A DNA stretch of 61,816 nt, filler included, from Pseudomonadota bacterium (GCA_043825735.1; 6 parts of 6 records of this genome joined end to end with filler, not necessarily neighbours in it), one strand, 5' to 3'; positions 20,093 to 30,442 are shown, numbered from the whole stretch's first letter. The notes: a model not told the origin generated them from the sequence alone. Program-made: numbers and translations.

Positions 20093-20779
20093 TCAGCCTG
20101 CGAGCATTTTCTGGATTTTCGAAACGACGGGCTGAAGCCGATCGCGGTGCTGCGGCGGGATCATGAGCATTTTGAGGTGACGGTTGGCGGGCATGGCGAG
20201 GGCATCGGGGCGGATCATGCCGGTGCGGTAGATGGAGCGGTTTTCCACGTCCTTCAGGAACGTGAGCACATCGGCCAGATTGCCGGTGGCGCCGGGTACG
20301 TCCAGGTGCTCGATGATCTGCTGAAAGACCGTGTTTACGGAAACGAGAAAATCAGGCATGTCTGCAAACCCGCCCGCTGCGCAGACGGCGGTCGAGGTCA
20401 TGCACCGGCAGGCAAACGGCCGGATGCTGTATATCGTACACAGATTGTCTTCGAGCAGCGCGCAGGGGGTCCAGGCCGGGTCGCAGACCTCCTCGGGCGG
20501 GTCCTCATCGGCCAGGGACAGTTCGGCGAGGCGGTTGATGGTGATCAGCGGCCGGAACCTGTTTTCCGCGCACGTTTTGGACAGGCATCCAAAAAGGGTT
20601 TCAAGAGACTCGGCCTTCAGCCTATCCACCAGCCGGTAGCCTTCCAGGGTGGTCACGGTGACGTTGCGGGTGCAGCAATGGGAACAGCCCTTTTCACAGG
20701 CCTGCGCCACGCCCGACACCGCCTCGTCGTAGCGGCGGTAAAGGGCGTCGAGGATGCCGAGTTTTTTACCGATGTCCAT
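20093..20779 (-). CDS. YkgJ family cysteine-cluster protein
   Basis: ACEKGCSHCC...CALL...CTIYSIRPFACR. Confidence 0.8.
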   Translation of the reverse strand: MDIGKKLGILDALYRRYDEAVSGVAQACEKGCSHCCTRNVTVTTLEGYRLVDRLKAESLETLFGCLSKTCAENRFRPLITINRLAELSLADEDPPEEVCDPAWTPCALLEDNLCTIYSIRPFACRCMTSTAVCAAGGFADMPDFLVSVNTVFQQIIEHLDVPGATGNLADVLTFLKDVENRSIYRTGMIRPDALAMPANRHLKMLMIPPQHRDRLQPVVSKIQKMLAG

Positions 20780-20831
20780 GGTGCCGGTTTCTATACCGGA
20801 TCCGCCTGTCGCGCAAGAGGCGGCGAGGTGC

Positions 20832-22187
20832 TTACCGGTTACCGGACCGGAGTTTGGCCAGCGCGCCGTGCGCCGCATTGATCAGCGGGTGCACGGTAGG
20901 GGCCGGTGTCAGCATCGGGTGCGTGGCGATCTGCATCATGTCCAAATCCCGGACGTTGAGTTTCATCTGAATACCGATGGACACGGCATTGATCAATTCG
21001 CCCGCGGAAGGCCCGCCTGATATCTGGCCGCCAAGCAGATCTCCTCCCCGATCGGCAAACACCAGCTTCACCTTCAGCGGCGCGGCGCCGGGCAGGGTAC
21101 CGGGGTGGCGGTCCGGAGCGATCGCCTCTCCGGTAACGATCCGGAAGCCCTCTTTTTCGCACGTCCGGCAGGTCATTCCCGCACTGGCAAAGCAGACATT
21201 GCCGATCTTCGTGGAGAAGGCCGACACGGTGCCTTGAATCTGGCGAAGCACCCGGATGCCGTAGATGTTCGTTCCGGCGATGCGCGCTTCCGCAGTCGCC
21301 GTTGAAGCGAGCCACACCGGTACTTCCTCGCGCGTGAAAAAATCCCGCTTGAGGGCGCAATCACCCACGGCGAAGATATTTTTTACACGGGTCCGCATAT
21401 AGGAATCGACCCAGATCGATCCGCCCTGGGTCAGCATCAGGCCCCCCTTTTCAGCGAGCAGCGTGTTCGGCCGTCCGCCGATGCCGACAACGACCATGTC
21501 CGCCGGCAGGCGCGCGCCGTCATCCAGCGTCACCGAGGCCACGGCGTTTTGACCGTCGATGGACACCGCCCGCCGTCCGGTGCGGACGTGGACACCCGCC
21601 GTGGTCAGCTCATTGGCGACGGCATCACAGAACGCATCATCGAAGGCGAGACTGAGCAGTTTGGGCATAATCTCCACGATGTGAATCTCGGCGCCCGGGT
21701 CCCGCGCCAGCTCGTCGGCGAATTCGGCACCGATGAAGCCGCCGCCCAAAATGACGATCTTTTTTGCCGCCCTGGCTTTTTCTCTGAGAACGGTCATGGC
21801 TGAAAGGCTCTTGGTGATGGCGAACACGCCGGGCTGATCGATGCCCGCGATGGTGGGCAGCACCGGGTAGGTTCCCGTGGCCAGCACGAGTCGTTCGTAG
21901 TCAATCTCCTTAGCCGAAGCGAGGGTCAGGCGACACGCCGCCGTGTCAAGCGCCACGGCCTCGTCCACGGTGATTTCGATACCGGCCGCCTCGAGGGGCT
22001 TGTCGCCCATGATATTCTGTGACGGCTCTGACATGGTATGGATCATATAGGGAATGGCGCAGGGAATGACGCCGTCGGCGATGTCCTTGATGATGCATAC
22101 AGATTTTTCGGGATAAACGCTCTTTGCCGTCAGTGCAGTGATGACGCCCGCCGGGCCGCCGCCCACGATAACCACATCACATTTCAT
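20832..22187 (-). CDS. FAD-dependent pyridine nucleotide-disulfide oxidoreductase (CoA-disulfide reductase/NADH oxidase-like)
   Basis: GGGPAG, single Cys in PCAIPY, LATG, GGGFIGAE, AVGDC, THP; AGGAGG SD. Confidence 0.9.
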   Translation of the reverse strand: MKCDVVIVGGGPAGVITALTAKSVYPEKSVCIIKDIADGVIPCAIPYMIHTMSEPSQNIMGDKPLEAAGIEITVDEAVALDTAACRLTLASAKEIDYERLVLATGTYPVLPTIAGIDQPGVFAITKSLSAMTVLREKARAAKKIVILGGGFIGAEFADELARDPGAEIHIVEIMPKLLSLAFDDAFCDAVANELTTAGVHVRTGRRAVSIDGQNAVASVTLDDGARLPADMVVVGIGGRPNTLLAEKGGLMLTQGGSIWVDSYMRTRVKNIFAVGDCALKRDFFTREEVPVWLASTATAEARIAGTNIYGIRVLRQIQGTVSAFSTKIGNVCFASAGMTCRTCEKEGFRIVTGEAIAPDRHPGTLPGAAPLKVKLVFADRGGDLLGGQISGGPSAGELINAVSIGIQMKLNVRDLDMMQIATHPMLTPAPTVHPLINAAHGALAKLRSGNR

Positions 22188-22319
22188 TCTGGCCTCCTGA
22201 ATCATTATTGCGGTGAATAGGGGGGCATCGCGTTGCCGGTAATTTCGCGCTGTGTATCCTGTCGCGTCATAACACCGTCGCTGTCCCCTCAGGTTCGGCT
22301 CATCGACGATAATCGGAAA

Positions 22320-22335
22320 AGCAATTCACGTGCCA
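22320..22335 (-). promoter_or_regulatory. Sigma54 (-24/-12) promoter
   Basis: Minus strand TGGCACG-TGAA-TTGCT matches the consensus about 130 nt upstream of the oxidoreductase. Confidence 0.75.
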
Positions 22336-22623
22336 AAGGCCATTGCTATGCTATTGAGACGTTACTTGCTGATATTAAGGTGAATTTTAGGCGCAGGTTG
22401 GGTTGCTGCCCCAGGCTCGAAAGTGTGGTGGCGCGGAAAAAATATTTACACTTCGTCAGGGTCGGAATGAGTCTCCAGCCGCGAACAGCTGAAGATGCCC
22501 GGTGGGGCTTCTGATCCTGAACGCTGCAGGCGGTGCATTAAAATGCCTGCCACGGGCAGTGACGGGCCAGGCGGGAAAATTGTTCGAACCTACGGGCATT
22601 CGCGGTTTAACGGTTGGAATTTT

Positions 22624-23406
22624 TCAAGTCGGCGGACGGATGACCAGGAATTTTCCTTTTTTCCCCGAACGGGCGTCATTTTTTTCCACGATCACCAGGA
22701 TGGGACGCGCCGCGCCCTGCACCCATAGCGCGAGATCTCCGAAGCTGGGGTATGAGGGAAAATTATACAACCGTTTTGTTAACTGCACGGCGGGACTCGG
22801 CGGCCCGTCTTTTTGGAAGATGTCCAGAAACACCGTTCCGCTGTAATACGTTTCTTTTTCAACGACGTGCTGGCGCCCCATGAAGGGGATGATGCTGGGC
22901 AGGCCGAAGGTGGTTTTCTCCTTGAGTTTGCTGTCAAAGGAAACCGCCGCCATAAAGGTTTGCCCGTGGTGCCAGATCGATACCATATTCGAATAACCGA
23001 CCATGGTACCGCCGCAATTCAAATTCGGATAGGCATCCGGCCGTGGACGATCAAACCGTTCTTCAATCGTCTTCAGCCGCAGAAACCGTTCCCAGGCCAG
23101 GAAACCGACTTTTCCCGATTTCAGGTCGAGCACAAACACATACGCGTCCAGCGGCAGCCCGGAAGGTCGCCAACGCGCCTGGGGGTAAGACCTGCCGCCG
23201 CTATCGGCAGGTGAAACAAAAATATCGTCGGGGCGATCTGCAACCGAATAAGCGTAAAAATAGGTCGCGTAGGGGATGCGTTCCGTCTGAAAGGTCATGA
23301 CGTGCGCAGCGCCGATGGTCACTTCCCACGGTGTGCTGGACGGGTCGGCATGACAGACGGTTGCCGCCAGCAAAACCCCCATGACCATGAGCAGTCGCCA
23401 GGCCAC
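22624..23406 (-). CDS. Secreted hypothetical protein
   Basis: 260-aa ORF, signal peptide, AAGGAG SD. Confidence 0.65.
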   Translation of the reverse strand: MAWRLLMVMGVLLAATVCHADPSSTPWEVTIGAAHVMTFQTERIPYATYFYAYSVADRPDDIFVSPADSGGRSYPQARWRPSGLPLDAYVFVLDLKSGKVGFLAWERFLRLKTIEERFDRPRPDAYPNLNCGGTMVGYSNMVSIWHHGQTFMAAVSFDSKLKEKTTFGLPSIIPFMGRQHVVEKETYYSGTVFLDIFQKDGPPSPAVQLTKRLYNFPSYPSFGDLALWVQGAARPILVIVEKNDARSGKKGKFLVIRPPT

Positions 23407-23501
23407 GTTGTGCTCCTTCCGCTCAGATTTTGCATAGAATCCGCTGTCCGGCTAGTACCGTTGGGATACCGGAGGCGCTTTTTACAAAAGATCAGCTCTA
23501 T

Positions 23502-23688
23502 GATGAAACTGCAAAAAGTCCGAATTAACCACAGAGGACACAGAGGACACAGAGGGCACAGAGGACACAGAGGGCACAGAGGGCACAGAGGGCACAGAGG
23601 GCACAGAGATAACTTATTAATTACTCATGGTATTCTCTGTGGCCCTCTGCGGTCTCTGTGGTCCAAAATCACTTTTTACGGTTTCATC
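23502..23688. mobile_element. MITE copy 2 with internal (CACAGAGGR)x9 array
   Basis: TIRs GATGAAACtGcAAAAAGT / ACTTTTTACGGTTTCATC; flanks are not duplicated. Confidence 0.7.
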
Positions 23689-23706
23689 AATATTGATGTT
23701 TTATCT

Positions 23707-24231
23707 TTATTTCACCGGTTCCATGCCTTCATTTAAATATTTCGTTGCAAGATCAATATAGAGTTGTTTACCCCAATTCCAAAATGCTTCATCTTTTTCG
23801 CTTATTTCTCTGACGATCTGAGCTGGATTACCTGCCGCAACCACTCTTTTTGGAATTATCTGTTTCATTTTTATTACACTGCCCTCTGCGACAATTGCAC
23901 TATCTCCGATTTCAGACCAGATACTCAGTATGGAACCCATGCCGATCACTGCCTGATCACCAATTTTTTTACTATGGACCACGGCGCCGTGACCAATCGT
24001 GACGCGATTCCCGATCTGGTTCGTATCGCCCGGAGGCGCGTGAACAATGACACCTTCCTCCACTGCCGTGCCGTCGCCGATTTCAATCCGGCCGTAGTCC
24101 CCTCTTAAGATTGCGCCATGCCCGATATAGCAATTGTTCCCGATAACGACATCACCAATAACCCTCGCCAAATCACTTACGTAGGTATCGTTTCCAATTT
24201 TTGGCTGCTTGCCGTCAAATTTGTAAAGCAT
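23707..24231 (-). CDS. Gamma-carbonic anhydrase family protein (probable cassette gene)
   Basis: Hexapeptide repeats, ILRGD, VIVH, TIGHGAVVH; low GC; immediately follows an attC. Confidence 0.88.
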   Translation of the reverse strand: MLYKFDGKQPKIGNDTYVSDLARVIGDVVIGNNCYIGHGAILRGDYGRIEIGDGTAVEEGVIVHAPPGDTNQIGNRVTIGHGAVVHSKKIGDQAVIGMGSILSIWSEIGDSAIVAEGSVIKMKQIIPKRVVAAGNPAQIVREISEKDEAFWNWGKQLYIDLATKYLNEGMEPVK

Positions 24232-24286
24232 GAAATGCCCTTCTCAAGAATACACTTCTAATAAAACCATTATTTCGCGCTATCCC

Positions 24287-24346
24287 ACCGAACGTTGAGG
24301 CTGTTGGGCGCGCGGTGTTTGCGTCCCAACAAGCCGTTTGTTAGCC
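24287..24346 (-). other. Integron attC site
   Basis: Minus strand GGCTAAC-aaacGGCTTGTTGGG...CCCAACAGCCtcaac-GTTCGGT, 60-bp imperfect palindrome; the upstream stop lies in R''. Confidence 0.8.
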
Positions 24347-24758
24347 AATCAAGTCGATGTTATTCTCAGTGCACCAATTTCTAAGGGCTTCATTTTGTTT
24401 GCTATCTTCAAATTTGTGCCATTCATCGAGAAGCCCTACTCTATTCAAGAAGGTTTTTATATTTGGTATATGCGCCTTTCTTTCGAAATATCTGAGAGAC
24501 TCTGTCTGTTTCTGCAGGCAGTTTTTCAGAAATAAATTCAAACACAAGCCGCTCCCCTAAGTTCAATTTATTTTTGTGTGGAATTTCAATATATTCATCA
24601 GATTCTTCAAAATCCTCAGGCAATTCATCTGGATCACCGTACTCAGAAATATAATATATTTTTTCATTTCTGGTAGAAAGCAAGGCCTGATTTCCATACA
24701 TCGGCCTCATGCTGACGAACAAGAATGCGTTTTCAATATCGTCGTATGATATTTTCAT
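24341..24758 (-). pseudogene. UPF0158 family protein, frameshifted cassette gene
   Basis: YIEIPHKN.L.LG..LVFEF...GAY..YKNLLE then one extra base (GAA-T-AGA); the next frame continues RVGLLDEWHKFE...WCTENNI. Confidence 0.75.
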
Positions 24759-24765
24759 TTCTATT

Positions 24766-24829
24766 GGCTAACGTTTGAGCTGTGTGGAAACGCGGGTGTT
24801 TGCGTTTCCACACCAGCGATTTGTTATAC
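24766..24829 (-). other. Integron attC site
   Basis: Minus strand GTATAAC-aaatcGCTGGTGTGGAAACGC...GCGTTTCCACACAGCtcaaac-GTTAGCC, 64 bp. Confidence 0.85.
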
Positions 24830-25009
24830 GTTCTGTCACTTAGCTACAATTCTTGCATACAATTTTGACATAAATTTATCTGTTGATGCGTTATCAGAGA
24901 GCAAATAGTNNNNNNNNNNNNNNNNNNNNNNNNNNNNNNNNNNNNNNNNNNNNTTAATTAATTAANNNNNNNNNNNNNNNNNNNNNNNNNNNNNNNNNNN
25001 NNNNNNNNN

Positions 25010-25332
25010 GCCGTTGCAGTCATCAAGAAGCGACTCAACAGCTGCTTGTCTTTGACCAATATCTGTCGCCCATGAGAAAGGATCTGCTTGAGCAGCACCT
25101 CGCTGGCCGAGTTCATGATAACCACATGAATGTCTTTGCGAAGCTTGCGCGACAGTTCGACTACCATTCGCTCACGCATCAATTCAGCCGGCACAGCGTC
25201 CGGTGCCCGCAACAGCACTCCGATGTCGACATCGCTGTCTTCACGATGCCGGCCGCGTGCCCTGGATCCGAACAGGTAAACAGCAGCCACTTCAGGGGAG
25301 CGGCTGAAATATTTTTTCAGGTTCTGTTCCAT
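25010..25332 (-). CDS. Minimal nucleotidyltransferase (MntA-like antitoxin), 3' truncated
   Basis: YLFGSRARG...SDVDIGV; runs into the contig end. Confidence 0.85.
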
Positions 25333-25354
25333 GAGGGATCGTTTGGCCGCCTGC

Positions 25355-25668
25355 GGCGGCGTTCTGGGCCGCTGCGCGGCCGTTCCGGGTTCCGGGTTAA
25401 AAGCGAAATGCTTCAAACCAAAGAAAAAAACATTGAACCGCCAAGGACGCGAAGGACGCTAGACGCCTATCGGCGCGTTCGGGCCGCCGGAGGCGGCGTT
25501 CTGGGCCGCTGCGCGGCCGTTCCGGGTTCCGGGTTAAAAGCGGAATGCTTCAAACCAAAGAAAAAAAACATTGAACCGCCAAGGACGCGAAGGACGCTAG
25601 GCGCCTATCGGCGCGTTCGGGCCGCCGGAGGCGGCGTTCTGGGCCGCTGCGCGGCCGTTCCGGGTTCG
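25355..25668. repeat. About 2.3 tandem copies of a ~138-bp unit
   Basis: GTTCTGGGCCGCTGCGCGGCCGTTCCGGG recurs at 25361, 25498 and 25636 with near-identical intervening DNA. Confidence 0.85.
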
Positions 25669-25966
25669 GCGCCGGAGGCGCGTTCGTGCCGCTGCGCGGC
25701 GTTCCGGGTTCCGAGTTCAAACAGCAAGAGGTCCCTCCTTCGCTGCGCTTCCGCCGTCGCTCTGCGAGCTATGGCGGACAAGATGGCGGGCAAGCAGAGG
25801 TCGGATGACAGATGACAGATTACAGCGAACTGCAAAACATTGAACCGCAAAGTGCGCGAAGGTCGCTAAGTTTTGTTCGAATCGGGTCGCCGGGAAAAGC
25901 GCTCCGGCTCACGATTCGAACAAAGGCGACGCTGAAAGAAGCTGCGCCGGATGAGCCCCCTATCCT

Positions 25967-25989
25967 ATAGCTCCGCCCGGTCGATTACA
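25967..25989 (-). promoter_or_regulatory. Conserved 23-nt ops-like element (identical copy at 45240-45262)
   Basis: TGTAATCGACCGGGCGGAGCTAT is identical in both copies while its flanks diverge; resembles ops GGCGGTAG. Confidence 0.45.
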
Positions 25990-26061
25990 GGATCAACCAG
26001 GCATTATGCATCTGTTATTATTAATTTTTCATACATATAGCGGGCGATTTTCAGCCCGCAA

Positions 26062-26640
26062 TTACCACAGCATCTTCAGCTTTTCCCGAGGCACACCGCT
26101 GTCGTTGGCAATGCCGTCGAGGCTTTCGCTGCTGGCGTCAAACAGCAATACCGCGTCGAAAACCGGCGGCGCGCGCCGGGCCATCTCCTCGGCACTTTCC
26201 AGATGTTCCACCAATCGCAGTTTCATGGACTCGGTTCGAATGATCGTCTCGATGAATTCCTTGACGATGGCCGGCCCCACGAACACCACCTGGATGAGCC
26301 CGTTTTTTTCAAAATCCGCAAGACGAACGACGAGCCGGGACTTCAGCTCGCGATATTCACCCAAGCGCTTGACCACGAAAGACACTGCCAGACGGCTCCG
26401 GGTCTCGATCCCCTTTGGGGTTAGTTTGTATATGTAACCGAGTTTGTTTGGATTCTTACGGAAATTGCCGACCTTGACGAACCCCTTATCAAGAAGCCGC
26501 CGCAGGACGTAATTGATCTGGCCGAGACTGATGCCGGTGTGATCAGAGAGCTGGCGCTGGGTGCAGATGTCCCCTGAGTCGAGGGCATCCAGGATCTGAA
26601 AATCTTTGCCGGAAAAGCTCACAGAATAAGGCCCACACAA
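26062..26640 (-). CDS. MarR-type EPS-associated winged-helix regulator
   Basis: TQRQLS..GISLGQINYVLRRLLDKGFVK...Y.YKLTPKGI. Confidence 0.88.
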   Translation of the reverse strand: MCGPYSVSFSGKDFQILDALDSGDICTQRQLSDHTGISLGQINYVLRRLLDKGFVKVGNFRKNPNKLGYIYKLTPKGIETRSRLAVSFVVKRLGEYRELKSRLVVRLADFEKNGLIQVVFVGPAIVKEFIETIIRTESMKLRLVEHLESAEEMARRAPPVFDAVLLFDASSESLDGIANDSGVPREKLKMLW

Positions 26641-26962
26641 ATACCCGCCCCAAAAACCCTGATGAACCCGCCGAAAGTCCCGGTGGCCGCGTTTTTGTCA
26701 TTCCGGCGACCTGTCCGCCATAGCGCAGCGACGGCGGAAAGCCGGAATCCAGTGGTTCGAATCATTCTGGATGCCGGATCGCGTCCGGCATGACGACCAG
26801 GGGACTTTTCAATGCACCATCAGCCCTGCTTTCGAGGTGGCACGCAACGCGCTGGGATAAGATCAAAGGCGGCCCGGCCCTGTGTTTCCTGACCCGATCA
26901 GGTGCGCTGTAAATGCCGCAATAACAGGGAAATAGCCGTCGTTTCGTTCGCCGATGCGGTTT

Positions 26963-27009
26963 TGTTCAAAACCGAACACAGATTACTGCTCAACGGGTGG
27001 TTTAGTCAA
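26963..27009 (-). promoter_or_regulatory. Promoter with TGTTC-N6-GAACA palindrome (copy at 45822-45868)
   Basis: TTGACT-N18-TAATCT (copy: TTGACT-N18-TAAAGT), followed by the palindrome in both copies. Confidence 0.6.
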
Positions 27010-27300
27010 GGGTGAAAGCGTTTGGATCGTTGGGAGCGTTTGGCCGCTGCGCGGCGTTCTGGCGACCGGAGGTCGCGTTCCGGGTTCCGAGTGAGGCGCC
27101 TTCGGCGCGTTCCAAGTTCCGGGTTCCGGGTTCAAAACCGCTAACGGCAACGGCATTGAACCGCGAAGCTCGCGAAGGACGCCTCTGGCTTCGCTCTTCG
27201 AGCTACGCCCTGACAAGAAGTTTTGTTCGAATCGGATCGCCGGGAAAGCGCTCCGGTTTACGACCGAACAAAGGGAGCGCGCTATCGAAACGGCTTCTTG

Positions 27301-27576
27301 TCACTGACGCTTTTCCATCAGTGGGTAGATTTCCTTGCGATGGCAGATGCCGAGTATATGTATCTCATCGCCGGCCACCTTGAACACGATGCGGTAATCT
27401 CCAACCCTGAGTTTCCAGTAGCCTTTGAGGTTCTTACGCAAAGGCTGGCCATACTCTTGAGGGGCGATCATAAGACGGTTTTCAATCGCTTTTTTAATCC
27501 GCTGGCGGTTATCAGCGTTGAGCTTCGGAATATCTCGCTCTTTGACGTCATGGTGGTAGACGACCGTAAAAGGCAT
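27301..27576 (-). CDS. RelE/ParE family toxin
   Basis: YGQPLRKNLKGYWKLRVGDYRIVF...HRKEIY. Confidence 0.92.
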   Translation of the reverse strand: MPFTVVYHHDVKERDIPKLNADNRQRIKKAIENRLMIAPQEYGQPLRKNLKGYWKLRVGDYRIVFKVAGDEIHILGICHRKEIYPLMEKRQ

Positions 27577-27577
27577 G

Positions 27578-27805
27578 CTACTCCCAGACCGCCACATGGC
27601 TCAACGCCTTGCCCCGATCAAAACTATTCTCGCGCTCCGCAGCGAAATCAACAAGCGCCTGATCCTCACGTAGTTCCAGAGCCTCTTTCACCAGGTCGCG
27701 CATCAACATCGACATGGAGATGCCTGCGTCTTCAGCAAGACAGTGCAGAGCGTTATAGAGGGGCTTTTCAAGAACAACGTTGATTCTGGGATTTTTAGCT
27801 GGCAT
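27578..27805 (-). CDS. RHH antitoxin
   Basis: NPRINVVLE...SMSMLMRDLVKEALELRED...LSHVAVW; directly upstream of the toxin. Confidence 0.85.
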   Translation of the reverse strand: MPAKNPRINVVLEKPLYNALHCLAEDAGISMSMLMRDLVKEALELREDQALVDFAAERENSFDRGKALSHVAVWE

Positions 27806-27870
27806 GGCTTGACTCCTTTATAGCTGAGTGTGCCACTTGTGCGCCACCGCGTCAAGACTTCCTACTTTTA

Positions 27871-27983
27871 GGGCGTTTTGATCGTTTTGATCGTTTTGAT
27901 CGTTTTGATCGTTAAGAGCGTTAAGAGCGTTAAGAGCGTTAAGAGCGTTAAGAGCGTTAAGAGCGTTAAGAGCGTTAAGAGCG
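27871..27983. repeat. 9-mer tandem array (GATCGTTTT)4(AAGAGCGTT)7+
   Basis: Read directly; same family at 30131-30220, 31438-31530, 45047-45168, 46241-46400, 47266-47412, 53174-53360 and 55789-55892. Confidence 0.95.
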
Positions 27984-28157
27984 GTTAAATCTCTTTGCAG
28001 TTGCCGTTCGGCCGGCTTGTCCGCCGTCTTGTCCGCCATAGCGCAGCGACGGTGGAAGCCTTGGTTTTGGCGAAGGGGAAGGCCGCCAATTTCTATCTGC
28101 GTTTATCTGCGTTCATCCGCGTCCCATTTTGCAGTTCGCAGTTGCCTGTACATCCTG

Positions 28158-28721
28158 TCAAATAATCTCTTTCAGGCCGTAGTCCTGCTGTTCATATTTC
28201 TTGCCGCAGGTCAGGCATTCCAGATCGCCGGGTAGTCTTTCACCGCACCGGCAGGCCCAGCCGATTTGTTTTGCGGGGTTGCCAATAACCAAGGCGTGAT
28301 CGGGGACGTTTCGGCTAACGACACCGCCGGCGCCGATGAAAGCATACCGGCCGATCGTCGTACCGCAAACGATGGTACAGTTGGCGCCCAGCGTTGCGCC
28401 GCGTTTGACCAGAGTCGGGCGCACCTGGTCCATCTTTCGTATCTCGGCGCGGGGGTTGGTGATGTTGGTGAACACCATGGACGGGCCACAGAACACAAAA
28501 TCCTCAAGAACCACGCCGCGGTAAACAGATACATTGTTTTGAATCTTACAGCCCTGACCGATGATGACATCCTCGGCGATGAAGACATTCTGACCGATCG
28601 TGCAATCAATGCCGACAACAGCGCCAGTGCTGACATGGGCCCAATGCCATATTTTCGTTCCTTTCCCGATTTTTGCGCCGTCATCGACAATCGCCGTTTC
28701 ATGTGCAAAATAATCAGGCAT
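28158..28721 (-). CDS. wbpD: WbpD/WlbB-like N-acetyltransferase
   Basis: [45 protein letters not shown]. Confidence 0.85.
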   Translation of the reverse strand: MPDYFAHETAIVDDGAKIGKGTKIWHWAHVSTGAVVGIDCTIGQNVFIAEDVIIGQGCKIQNNVSVYRGVVLEDFVFCGPSMVFTNITNPRAEIRKMDQVRPTLVKRGATLGANCTIVCGTTIGRYAFIGAGGVVSRNVPDHALVIGNPAKQIGWACRCGERLPGDLECLTCGKKYEQQDYGLKEII

Positions 28722-29141
28722 CAGCTTTCTCCTGGTCATTTTTCTATACGCTTATGCAGAAAGTGCCGGTTGGTCCTTACCCAAAGTGGTGTTGAACCAC
28801 GGAGTTACTGCGGTCAAAAGTGGAGATGGGATAGCGCTCGGTGCGCCCTTACAGCCAGAAACAGGTTCTTATCTCTTTTTCTTCTACCAAAAAAGAACCA
28901 TAAACCACGAAACACACGAAAGAAAGATGGATAAACGATAACGGGCTGATCTACTCCAAAAAGCGTGCACCGGGCAGCGCCATGGCAACGGGGCCGCGCC
29001 TTTAATTTGTAGATAATTGCGTATTAAAACAATCAACACCATTTGATTTTCTCCGTGCCCTCCGTGACTGTGGTGATCACACAATGTCATCGGGGGTACC
29101 GGTCCTAAACGCTAAACTATAGCGTCATCGATCAGTGGATT

Positions 29142-30110
29142 TTACGATTTCAGCATCTTGCAAAATGGATGGTATTCACCCGACAGACCGATCGGCGGGG
29201 TGTTCCGTATCTGGTGGGCTGTTTCGATACTGGCCCGGGCCTGATCGAGACCAAAGCCGTTGCCCTTCAATATCTCTTGATAGCTACGCGTGTGAAGATC
29301 GGTGAAACCGCCGGAAAACTCAATTTCCTTAGCGTCCACCGTGATCGATCGATATGTGCGCATTTTGCGTTTTAACGCTTCTTCCGGCAAATAGTTGTCA
29401 TTGACGCTCAAAAACCAACGCACGCGGGCATTCTTCAGCCTCAGATAACCGGCGGCAGTATCCGGCTGATGAATATGAACGATGTTTTCTTTTACAGGGC
29501 CAAAAATCCAGCTGAGCATATCGAAAAAATGGATACCGATATTGGTGGCGATGCCGCCGGATTTCTCAGGATATCCCTTCCAGCTCACAAAATACCACCG
29601 CCCCCGGGAAGTGAGATAGCTGAGATCGATATCGTAAATTTTGCCGGGGTCAGCAGCCAGTTCACCGCCCACCTTTTCTTTGAGCGCAATCAGACTGGGA
29701 TGAAGTCGGAGTTGAAGGATATTCCATACCCTGGCGCCCTGCTCCTCCGCGATTTCAGCCACGGCATCGATATTCCAGGGGTTGAGCACCAGCGGCTTTT
29801 CGCAGATGGCATCCGCCTTGATGCGCAGGGCAAACCGGATATGAGCGTCGTGCAGGTAGTTGGGAGAACAGATGCTCACATAGTGGATGGGCTGCGCCCC
29901 TTTTCGGCGCTCTTTCTCAGCATGACGGTCAAAGCGCTCGAATTCGGTAAAAAAGGCTGCGTCAGGAAAATAGCTGTCTATCACACCCACCGAATCTTTC
30001 GGGTCCATTGCCATTACCAACCGGTTTCCAGTTTCCGCGATCGCCTTCATATGCCTGGGCGCGACATATCCTGCAGCCCCGATCAATGCAAAATTCTTTA
30101 TTTCCTGCAT
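29142..30110 (-). CDS. wbpB: WbpB/WlbA-like UDP-GlcNAcA 3-dehydrogenase
   Basis: FALIGAAGYVAPRHM, FFTEFERFDRH, CSPNYLHDAH, CEKPL, TNIGIHFFD. Confidence 0.9.
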   Translation of the reverse strand: MQEIKNFALIGAAGYVAPRHMKAIAETGNRLVMAMDPKDSVGVIDSYFPDAAFFTEFERFDRHAEKERRKGAQPIHYVSICSPNYLHDAHIRFALRIKADAICEKPLVLNPWNIDAVAEIAEEQGARVWNILQLRLHPSLIALKEKVGGELAADPGKIYDIDLSYLTSRGRWYFVSWKGYPEKSGGIATNIGIHFFDMLSWIFGPVKENIVHIHQPDTAAGYLRLKNARVRWFLSVNDNYLPEEALKRKMRTYRSITVDAKEIEFSGGFTDLHTRSYQEILKGNGFGLDQARASIETAHQIRNTPPIGLSGEYHPFCKMLKS

Positions 30111-30319
30111 GGTTTGGTCCTCAGCATTTCAAGAGCGTTAGGAGCGTTTTGATCGTTGGGAGCGTTAGGAGCGTTTTGATCGTTGGGATCGTTAGGAGCG
30201 TTTTGATCGTTGGGAGCGTTTGGCCGCTGCGCGGCGTTCTGGCGACCGGAGGTCGCGTTTCGTGTTCGAAGTTCCGGGTTGCCGGTTGGTGCCGGAGGCG
30301 AATTTGAAGCGTAAAGTTT

Positions 30320-30442
30320 GATAAAACCGTAAAAAGTGATTTTGAACCACAGAGACCGCAGAGAAAATACCGAATAATTAGCAAGTTATCTCTGCGTTTT
30401 CTGTGTCCTCTGTGTTGAATTCTGACTTTTTACGAAGGCATC
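30320..30442. mobile_element. MITE copy 3
   Basis: TIRs GATAaaacCGTAAAAAGT / ACTTTTTACGaaggCATC; flanks AAGTTT/AAGCTT; internal cacagag/ctctgtg hairpin. Confidence 0.7.
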
